A stretch of DNA of 36,496 bases from Licmophora abbreviata (lineage: Eukaryota): contig OLMU01004926.1 in the NCBI GenBank assembly GCA_900291995.1, forward strand, positions 1-36,496, given 5' to 3'. The position numbers and the translations under genes are program-made. Below the pieces are notes generated by a model that was not told where the DNA came from, did not search any database, and was given only the letters and a program-made list of their open reading frames with translations. Every line of letters begins with the position of its first letter. Within the stretch, counting starts at the first letter, position 1. Shown here piece after piece: positions 11,064-20,796 of the stretch.

Positions 11064-11537
11064 GTTGTGTTTGTTTTTTCTTCTTCGACGATAGTCGTCT
11101 TTACGCGGTGAATTCAAGCTTTACTACTTCTACAGTACCAGCACGAAGTGATGCGGCACTGTCACTGTACCAACACCCGTCGCACTAGACTACTGCCGTC
11201 ATCGTTGAATGTGATGTTGGTAATGTGATGAGTCAGTCAGTCAGTCAACAACCACAACACGCGCCATCATGGTTTTTCGTTTTTGGAAGTTTCGCGCAAC
11301 GCCAAATTTGACTTGCGCGCCAAAAAACTGAGCGTCAGACAGACGTTGAAGTTTTTGGATCCACCGGCCACGTAGAAGTCTACGAGTGACGCATACTATG
11401 CGTCATCTCGAGGACCGACACGTCCTCTGACCTCATCTCTCTCGCAGCCACCACCAGCATGCCCCACAAACGCGCTGTGCCAGTTGGAGCGCAAAACACT
11501 GTTTTCGTTCTTTGTTCCGTTTGATTTGAGAACGGCA

Positions 11538-14365
11538 ATGCGCGTCTCTGTTCTAGCGACCTTGCTACTTGCAGCAGCCCCATCGGTGCGTGTGCTATCG
11601 GTGTCCTGAGAGCGCACAAGCAAGGAGATTTGATTTATTGGATGGCCCTCGAAATCATCCTGATGATCTGTCCAGAAAGTGTTCTTTCAACGGCTTTGCT
11701 CGAGTCTTTTGGCTTGTTCTCTTCCGCTTCACTCTTGGACTGTCACCTGATGCTTCAGAATCGCTGTAACTAACTTGCTACGTGTCTCTTTTTTGCTCTC
11801 TATCTCTCATAATTTCGACCCATGCTCATCCTCTTTGCTTCCCATCACTTTCCTGTTGACTCGTTCGACTCAAACTTTCGTATCCATGTCGACTTCAACA
11901 ACCGGGTGACGTTCTGAAATCGATCTTCTTGTTTTCCCGTGCTTCCGATTTTCGAATTGCCTTTGGCGCCTTGGGTGTGTCTTTCCATTACTCTTGTTGG
12001 TAGGCGGCTGCATTTGCCTCGCTACGGAAATCACATGTCTCGCGATCGTCGACCTTTCTCAGGGCCGAGGGGGGGACCAGCATTCCTGGTCCACCCTACT
12101 CGGGGCCCGCGGTCAAACCCATACTTGACTCTGTCAAGACACCCGATGACATGAAGCGGCTGGATATGCGGCAACTCAAGCAGGTCAGTGCTTTCTACTC
12201 GTACTTATGTGTTGCTTGGGGGTGGTGGAGAACACAGTAGTTGTATCGACGGTAGCATCGAGCTCACTCCATCTCTTGACTGTTTTCTCATCAGCTCGCA
12301 AACGAACTGCGTTGGGAAACTCTCGAGTCCGTGTCCAAAACGGGAGGTCACTTGAGTTCCTCTCTTGGAGTCAATGAACTGACCGTCGCACTTCACTACG
12401 TCTTTGATATGCCAGAGGACGATATAATCTGGGATGTCTCTCATCAGTGTTATCCGCACAAGATCCTTACGGGTCGTCGCGAAAAGATGTCGGGACTGCG
12501 TCAGTTGGGAGGTATCTCTGGATTTTGCAAACGCAAGGAGAGTGCCTACGACTCGTTTGGAGCCGGACACTCCTCCACCTCCATCTCGGCAGCACAAGGA
12601 ATGAGCGTGGCCAAAAGCATGTTGAAAAAGCGCAAGAATAACTGCATTGCCGTGATTGGAGATGGTGCCATCACGGGAGGCATGGCGTATGAGGCCATGA
12701 ACAGCGCGGGCTACCTTCGGTCGCGGATGATTGTCATTCTGAATGACAATGGACAAGTCAGTCTTCCGACGGGAACGCCGAGTGCCGGAGGTGTCGTTCC
12801 TGCGTCTCAGCTCTCCACGTACACGTCCAACCTGCTTGTTTCCAAGCCGTTCCAGGATTTCCGTGACTTTGCAAAGAGCTTCAACAAGCTCTTGCCGGAA
12901 GACATTCAAGGACTCAACAAGCGTATTGATGAGTACGCTCGTGGTATTGTATCGGGGGGTACTCTGTTCGAGGAACTCGGCTTTTACTACGTCGGTCCCG
13001 TTGATGGACATGACTTGGACAACTTGATCCCAATTATGGAAAAGTTGCGTGACAGCCCGGACAACAAGCCCGTGCTGCTTCACCTCAAGACTGTCAAAGG
13101 ATACGGATACCCACCGGCCGAGGAGGCGAGCGACAGGATGCACGGCGTTGCCAAATTTAACCTAGGAACCGGTGTGCAGATCAAAGGCAAGCAGTCGACA
13201 CCCAGTTTCACCTCGATATTTGCCAACTCCTTGATTGATGCCGCGACAGAAGATCGTGCCATTGTTGGAATCACAGCAGCGATGCCCGGTGGTACTGGCA
13301 TGGATATTTTCGGACGCCGCTTCCCCAAACGCACGTTTGATGTCGGTATCGCGGAACAGCACGCAGTCACGTTTGGAGCAGGCATGGCCTGCGAAGGCCT
13401 GAAGCCCTTTGTGTGCATCTACTCGACATTTATGCAGCGTGGTTACGATCAAGTTGTACACGACGTGGCTGTGCAGAACCTGCCCGTGCGCATGATCCTC
13501 GATCGTGCCGGTTTGGTGGGGAACGACGGCCCAACTCATCACGGATGTTACGATCTTTCGTACCTTGGATGCATTCCAAACCTGACCATCATGGCGCCGA
13601 GTGACGAGATTGAATTGAGGAACATGGTCAAGACGTGCGCTGCTTTTGATAGCGGTCCGAGCGTCTTGCGATACCCACGTGGCACTGGTTACGGGGCAGA
13701 AACACTGCAGAAACTGTTTGGGTACAAGCTGGAGAATGACGAGATTCCTCAGAAGGGTAAGCGTCCGCATTGAAATATTGTGGGCATATCGGTTCCATGC
13801 AATGCATGCATTCAACTCATAGATTCGTTCGTCGTTCCGCATTCTTGCTCCAGGCGAAATTGTTCCGATCGGAAAGGGACGAATCATTCGACGCCCGGGT
13901 GGATTAGAAGCGACTGGAGCTACCGGCAGCGCTCGGGGGAAGGAACGCAAGGACAGAGTGGCGATTCTCTCGATTGGTACCCGCCTGCACGAATCTCTCG
14001 TTGCTGCTCAAGAAGTCGAGGACTCGGACCCGACGCTGGGAGTGACGGTTGCTGATGCCCGTTTCATGAAACCACTGGACGTTGATCTTGTTCGGCAATT
14101 GGCAGACGAACACTCGGTTCTCATCACTATCGAAGAGGGGAGCATCGGTGGGTTCGGGGATCATGTCTTGCACTTTTTGTCGCTGGACGGTCTGTTGGAT
14201 GACGGAAACTTGAAGTTCCGCCCCATGGTCCTCCCCGATGCTTACTTTGAGGCAGCTACGCAATACGAACAATACGAACAAGCAGGACTGAACTCGGAGC
14301 ACATTCGAGGAACTATCCTACGACTGACCAAGCGAATGAAGGTTCCGGTTTTGGAACAATCCTAA
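11538..14365 (+). CDS. DXS: 1-deoxy-D-xylulose-5-phosphate synthase, plastid; exons 11538-11585, 12004-12183, 12295-13756, 13854-14365 (~733 aa)
   Basis: Motifs GGHLSSSLG, WDVSHQCYPHK, GDGA...NDN (TPP binding), DVGIAEQH and DRAGLVGNDGPTHHG. The spliced N-terminus MRVSVLATLLLAAAPS|AAA-FASL is a bipartite plastid presequence. All three introns are GT-AG and preserve the frame. Confidence 0.97.
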
Positions 14366-14710
14366 AGAATCAGCGCGATCGCAACTTTGTACAATTCCAC
14401 TTTCTTTTACAATCCCTAACGACTACTACTAGCTAGAGAAAGATCTTTGGGTTAGACAGCCACCTGGAGCGGGCACTCGTTCATGTAGATGGTGAGACTG
14501 GGCTGGACCTCCGACAAGAGTCATTCCAGCACTCGGCCTGCTGCAGTTAGGTCAACGCATAATTTACAGGCAGGCAGTCGCACTCGCGAAAACGCAGCCT
14601 CCCCTCGTTGCCCCTACGTAACACGTATATCGCTACGACAGATCAATTCTACTAACATGGGTCATAAGAAAGATTAGCAAATGATCAAAGGCCGAGTACT
14701 CAGAAACAAT

Positions 14711-16286
14711 TTAATCGAGCTTGAGCTCCTTGGGCTTCTCCCAGGTAAAATCGGGGTCCTCGCGACCAAAGTGGCCGTAGGCGGCGGTCTTGCGCATAAC
14801 AGGGCGCTTGAGATCCAAGTCACGAATGATGCATCCAGGCCTGAGGTCAAAGTTCTTATTCACAATCTCGGTCAACTGCGAGTCGGTCATGCCCTCCTTG
14901 ACGGTTCCGTACGAATCGACAAAAACGGAGAGTGGGTAGGGGACGCCAATGGCGTACGAAAGCTGCACAAGAGCACGCTTGGCAAGACCGGCGGCAACGA
15001 GAGACTTGGCGACCCAACGAGCGGCGTAGGCGGCCGAACGATCAACCTTGGTGGTGTCCTTACCGGAGAAGGCTCCTCCTCCGTGGGCACCCCATCCACC
15101 GTAGGTGTCGATGATAATCTTACGTCCGGTAAGACCAGCATCTCCGTGGGGTCCTCCAATGACGAAGCGACCGGAGGGGTTCAAGTGATAAATCGTCTTG
15201 TCATCGAGGAATTTCTCCGGAACGACAGGCTTGATGACATGCTCCATGAGGTCCGAAGCAATTTGCTCGTTGGAAATGTCCTCCGAGTGCTGGGTGGAGA
15301 TGACAATGGTGTGCACACGCTGAGGGACCGGGACTCCGTCAACGAGCTTGTACTCGCAAGTGACCTGCGTCTTTCCGTCGGGGCGGACCCAGGCACAAGT
15401 GCCGTTCTTGCGGACCTCGGTAAGCTTGGATCCAAGGCTGGTGGCAAGCATGTGGGTGAGGGGCATGAGCGACTCCGTCTCGTCCGTAGCGTATCCGAAC
15501 ATGATACCCTGGTCACCGGCGCCGATGTCCTCAACCTTGACGGCATCGACGGACTGGGCAATGTCGGGGCTCTGCTCCTCGATGGCGACAATGACGTTAC
15601 ACGTCTTGTAGTCGAATCCCTTGGCGGGATCATCGTATCCGATGTCCTTGATGGCATCGCGGATGACCTGCTCATAGTTGACCGTGGAGGACGTGGTGAT
15701 CTCTCCGAAGATCATGACCATACCGGTCTTGCAGCAAGTCTCACAGGCAACACGAGAGGTGGCGTCGCCAGCAATGCAAGCATCCAACACAGCATCGGAA
15801 ACCTGATCGCAGAACTTGTCTATTGAGAGAGAGAGTGACAAGGGAGCAGGGTAAAATGTGAGGCTGGTTCGGCTAGGTGCGAAAATTGCGCGTAGTAAGA
15901 GTACTAGTTCCAACGTAGAATCCTACAGGCGGGAAAAGCATTGGCAGGAGCCAGAAGACCGAGACCCATCGGCGATGGTTTTTCTTGTCGACAGAGTTGC
16001 TGGAAGCTCATCCAGTACCCAGGATTCACTTGAACATGCAAGAGTGATCACTTGAGCGGGTGGTGGCAGTTTGAATCCCCCAAGCCCACCCCAAAATAAA
16101 GAAAATTGACGAAAAGGTGCTGGTACAATGACAGGATCTTTCAACGTCGACGCACATGACTTGAATTTCTGTCCCAAATAACCGCTTGATCTGGCGCTCT
16201 CTCGTTTCTCAGACACAAAAAGTCACACTTGACCTACCAGGATGTCCCTCGTTCACGGACTCGGAGGTGAAAAGAAAGGTCGACAT
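14711..16286 (-). CDS. METK: S-adenosylmethionine synthetase; exons 16286-16238, 15819-14711 (385 aa)
   Basis: Exon 1 [16 protein letters not shown] joins DKFCDQVSD across intron 16237-15820 (GTAGGT...AATAG). Signatures [15 protein letters not shown] and YGHFGR are present. Confidence 0.98.
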
Positions 16287-16807
16287 GGTTTACGAGGATG
16301 CAACAAAGCCAATGGGGAAAGTGTGAGAACCTTGAATAATTTCGCTCGCGCGCTTCGTACGTGTACCAATCTCCGGGTTGTGGCTTAGATTTAGGTGGAA
16401 CGTGCGGTGGCCTGAGCGCCACGTGCAGCTTGCGCAGAATCAGTACTGAGAACGTGCAAGCTATCTGTCTGTGAGTAAGAGAAAGTGTCATTTCATTTTG
16501 GTGACCCACACAGATGTGGAATGCGAATGGCGGAGTGCGGTGAACTTGACTGACTCACTCGACTCAACTCATCACTCACTCAAACACCAAGTCGGAATTC
16601 GGTGCGTCTCACATCGAGGATAGAACCAGGATCGACTAGACTATCAATCAAACATAAGAACCGTTGGTGCACACTGTGGTGCATGGTGTCGTAATATTAT
16701 AGTCTGCTCAGTATGTTGCTAACATATCTAACCTACTAAGGCATCTCATCTCTCGCCCTAGCTTCCTCCCGCTAACATTCAAGCTGCATCACACACACAC
16801 ACCCAAT

Positions 16808-18749
16808 CTAACATGCCTCCAGGGCCACCTGACAAAAATGACGACAATCCGCGTCTTGCTCTTCTTCCATGCAACTTTCCAACACCACCTTGACTTTACC
16901 CTTATCGCTCACTACGTCTTCTTCCAGCAATTTCAGCAGTCCCCTGGCTGCCGTCATCCTAACATTCGCCACCTTGTCTCCAAATGCCTTGGCCAGCAAC
17001 GTTATGGACTCGTCCACCACTTCGTCTAGCTTCGATTCGGCCATAAAGACGTATGTATGCAAGATTGTCATCCTCAGGAGATAGTTGCTCTGCTCGTAAA
17101 TTCGCACATGATGCGGCACCAGCGTGTGCAACATCCATTCTGGTCCGGCCACAGTGCACAACTTGGTTGTACCGTTCACACATGCCTCCCGGACGGATGC
17201 GACGGGATCCAACAATAAAGCCAACCACGCCGGCTCCATCAAGACTGATTGAAAGAACTCCATGCCTCGCGCCTCGGCGAGATGCGGAAGCAACTGAGCG
17301 ACGCCTTGTCGAACTCGCCAGTTGGAAGCTTTCGACATGTGTAGAATCGAGCTCACGACGCCACTCATTTGCGTCAGAAGATGTGAGATGCGTGAAAGGT
17401 TCTGTAGCACGTGCAACTGCACTTCGGGGTACTCGTCTTGCAAGAAATTCTCCAAGAGTGGACTGAAGTTTTGCAAGATGGTGGCATCCTGGAGCGCTCC
17501 ACCGACAGCGGAATCCATGAGAGCCAATGCCATTTTACTGCGCACTTCCATGACGACATCGTCTGCCAAAGGCGACAGCATGGGCTGCAAATGGGACGTA
17601 AACAAGGCTTCGCCGCCATATTTCACCATGGGCGCAAAGTGACTGATGGCAGCTGCCCGAACTTCGGGCTCAATGTCCTGTAGTAGCGCGCAAAAGCACG
17701 CCATGACGATCTTCTTGAGTTCCGCGGAAAGTCCAGTCCCGAGATTGTTGGCCACATCGCTAAATGACTTCGCAAGATTGTTACGGACGCGCCTATGGGC
17801 GTAGTGAGCGGCAGATAATCATAAAAGAGTGAGAAAGAAAAGTGAATCGGTAGCGAAACGCTCGTAGCTGTTCCACCATATGCACGTACCAACTCGGATC
17901 GGTGCTTCCAGCCTTGACGAGGGGAAGCAAATTGGTGGCAGTCCATGCCGGTTTGTCGCTGAAGGAGCCAAAATCTTTCAAACTAGCCACCGCCAGTTGT
18001 CTAACACTGTCTTGCTCGTCATTACAAAGCGAACGTAGATTGGACATGAGTTCTTCGACGTCGCCTGGGACCTTGAGAAGATTCAAGAACTCTCCAACAT
18101 GCTTGGCGGCCGCCCGTCGCACCATTGGCGTATCATCAGTCGTCAAATCACGCATGAGGAACTTGAGTTCCGACGAGGCAGATTCCATCTGATTCAGGAT
18201 GATATGTTTCATTACTGATGGAAGAATGCCAGCAACGCTGACCTTGGCCGTGAACCAGTCGGCTGCAGCGAGTCGCTTGCAAAGGTGCAATACTTGGGTG
18301 AGGGAGTCGTTTTGACTAAGCTGATCCAAAACATGGTTCGTCGCACTAACAGCGGCATCTCGCACAACTGTTTCTTCCATACTCATAAGTCGCTCCAGTG
18401 TCGGGAGCAGAGGCATGCACTGAGCGTCGCCCGAGAGCACCGCCGGCACCATGGCTTCTAGTTGCTTGGCCAGCTCAAGAAGTAGCTCGTCTTCGTGCGG
18501 CGGATGCTTGTTGGCGATGTTGCTCGTCAAATAAGGAATAATCGACTTGAGGGTTTCCTCTGTGCCACAGGCGAGGCCAACGACCTTCAGGCGCTTCATA
18601 GCATCGACTTTGGCTTCGGTACTGCTCTCCAACTGGCTCTTGAAAAGATCAAAGGGCGGCATATTGGCTACTTCGTCGACTCCATGCGGTAGCGACCGAG
18701 CCATCGTCATTGAAGGGGTCGGCAGCGTACTGGTGGTCATAGACGTCAT
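16808..18749 (-). CDS. PP2AA: Protein phosphatase 2A scaffold subunit A (HEAT repeats); exons 18749-17890, 17792-16808 (~614 aa)
   Basis: HEAT motifs EETVVRD, WFTAKVS, DDTPMVRR, DEQDSVR, EPEVR, NWRVR and DKVANVR. Intron 17889-17793 (GTACGT...CATAG) restores DPSWRVR. Confidence 0.93.
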
Positions 18750-19174
18750 GCTTGAATACCGAAACTGGCAATGCTGAAGGAGGAGAAGAGACAATGCAGT
18801 CGACAAGTCAGGTCAGTCAGTTCCTTGCTGCTGCCATTGTCGTGGTCTTGTGTCTTGGAAAAGTAAAAGTTGGCTTCCGAAGTCTCTCGCTGCTGAGTAC
18901 CTGTATCTTGTGTAGCTTTCTACGTGCCACTGAGTTTCAGTATGACTCGAACTCGAGAAAGATCTTTTTGTCAGGATTCCTAAGTTTTGTAAATTTAGAA
19001 CATATTTTAGACAATTTGGAAACCTTTGGACAATTCTGGTCTAAATTCTGAAATTTGAAATTCGGCCATGAACTTCGTCGAACTTCCGATTGTATCCTTG
19101 TTTCATTCACTCCCTTGCCGTTTGCCTCGGTCGCTTCCGCCCCCTATCAGTCTTGAAGTGAAAAGAAAGGAACA

Positions 19175-20593
19175 ATGACGCCCCGTCTTGAAGACAAAAA
19201 CGAAATGGAAAAGAACGGCGTATCGAAAGGCGAAGATGAGCTCTCACTCCAGCTCTTTCGAGAGGCCCGTCGCATCGAACAAGACGAACCCGAACTCAGT
19301 CCGTTGCTGCGCCGTACTGTGCTTTCACCAGCCGTCGAGACGTTTGAGGATGCTGTCGCCTGCACTATCTGCTATCGGCTACTCCTGCATCCGTGCAGCA
19401 CGAGCGGTGGAGGCACTGCCATTGCGACGGACGCAGCTCTCTCTCCGCAGTCCCCGGTTTTCTGTCCCGACTCACTGCGCCAGTCAATTCTGACGTGCAT
19501 GCAATCGGACGTGTTTGAATTGAACCACACCATGCTGGAAGCCGTCAGAGAAGACGTCGAAAGTGTCGTGCGACGTGACCCGGCGACTGATTCCATACTG
19601 GAAGTCGTTCTCTTTAGCAAGGGCTTTGCAGCTCTCGTGTGTCATCGCGCAGCGCACCGATTGTACAAGAACATGAAACGAAAGTACACCGCCTTGTTCT
19701 TGCAGTCTCAGGCGTCTGCCGTGTTTGGATTGGACATACATCCGCTCTCCCAGATAGGCGCTGGCATCATGTTGGATCACGGTACGGGCATCGTCATTGG
19801 AGAGACGGCTGTCGTGGGCGATGGATGTACGTTGCTGCATGGAGTGACGTTGGGAGGCACGGGCAAGGATCATGGTGATCGTCATCCCAAAGTGGGGCGT
19901 AACGTTTTGATTGGAGCGGGTAGTAGTATTCTGGGAAACCTTCGCATCGGCGACGGCGCCAAGATTGGTGCCGGGAGCGTCGTATTGCGCGCTATTCCTT
20001 CCGGCGCCACGGCGGTCGGCGCACCAGCAAAGATCATCGGGCGTGCGTCAGAGCAGAAACCTGGAAGTGAAGTGGACGAAACACTAGAGAATGTGCAGCT
20101 GCTGCACCAGTCCAAGAGTGTGGCCAACTTGGCGCAGTTGCTCAAGCGACGACCTAGCAGCTCTACCGATGCTACGGTCGCGACGACCTCCACAGAAGAA
20201 ACAGAAGACGAAACTAGCAGTAGCGACGGTAACACCATGAGCGCCAACGTCTGTCCGTGGAGAGAATATGTCCGCATGGCGAAACGGGCACCAGAAGACA
20301 CGATCACGATTTGTACGCTGCGCAAATTGCTTGTTCCGGAAGGATGCACGCATGATGAAATCGGCAACTGCCTCTTTGAGCTCGATACGAGGAACGTAGG
20401 CTACGTCCGCATGGATGTATTTGAAGAGCGAGCTGTTGAAGTGGTCGTGAAGCACACGACGATAGACGAGAGTCGTGTGGAGGAAATGATTGACAATTTC
20501 ACTTCTGCGTATGAACGGCACTCGGAGAGGCAATCGCTGGGCTTAGGACCCAACCAAACGGCAAGTAGTCCTCCGTCGGTGGCCGTGCGCTGA
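19175..20593 (+). CDS. SAT: Serine O-acetyltransferase (CysE family) with a C-terminal EF-hand-like extension (472 aa)
   Basis: Motifs RDPA, KGF.AL..HR.AH, DIHP, DHGTGIVIGETAVVG, GVTLGGTGK..GDRHPK and G.PAK, with hexapeptide repeats. Confidence 0.95.
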   Translation: MTPRLEDKNEMEKNGVSKGEDELSLQLFREARRIEQDEPELSPLLRRTVLSPAVETFEDAVACTICYRLLLHPCSTSGGGTAIATDAALSPQSPVFCPDSLRQSILTCMQSDVFELNHTMLEAVREDVESVVRRDPATDSILEVVLFSKGFAALVCHRAAHRLYKNMKRKYTALFLQSQASAVFGLDIHPLSQIGAGIMLDHGTGIVIGETAVVGDGCTLLHGVTLGGTGKDHGDRHPKVGRNVLIGAGSSILGNLRIGDGAKIGAGSVVLRAIPSGATAVGAPAKIIGRASEQKPGSEVDETLENVQLLHQSKSVANLAQLLKRRPSSSTDATVATTSTEETEDETSSSDGNTMSANVCPWREYVRMAKRAPEDTITICTLRKLLVPEGCTHDEIGNCLFELDTRNVGYVRMDVFEERAVEVVVKHTTIDESRVEEMIDNFTSAYERHSERQSLGLGPNQTASSPPSVAVR

Positions 20594-20796
20594 AGGCAAT
20601 GAGTGCGGTGCGAGAGAGAGATGAGGCAGATGTAGCACGTTTCTATCCAGAAATAACGCCCACGAGCAAGAATTACTGTAACTTGTACTATCTAACTATC
20701 TAAAATTGGAAGGGCAAAGGAGATACAGACACAGTGGCGCCTCGGGCGCATAACACGTAAAATGGTAGCAAGCAGCCGGTGTACCAGGGTAGCTAG

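Noticed and set aside
11596..11680. Canonical TPP riboswitch in DXS intron 1
   Set aside because: CTGAGA is present, but P3, the contiguous GAACCUGA, the L5 UAAU and the closing GCG/AGGGA are absent. Kept only as a low-score finding.
11660..11750. Possible intronic C/D snoRNA (TGATGA...CTGA about 90 nt apart)
   Set aside because: The C box lacks the leading purine, there is no convincing terminal stem, and I recognised no rRNA-complementary guide.
12205..13950. 312-aa and 262-aa minus-strand ORFs antisense to DXS
   Set aside because: Shadow ORFs of the DXS coding frame with no independent features.
14681..15826. 381-aa plus-strand ORF antisense to METK
   Set aside because: It mirrors a highly codon-biased gene, has no recognisable motifs and almost exactly overlaps METK exon 2.
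15820..16237. SAM-I riboswitch or METTL16 hairpin in the METK intron or 3' UTR
   Set aside because: Only isolated words (CAGCAAC, GATGAG) in the wrong order, and no UACAGARAA nonamer was seen.
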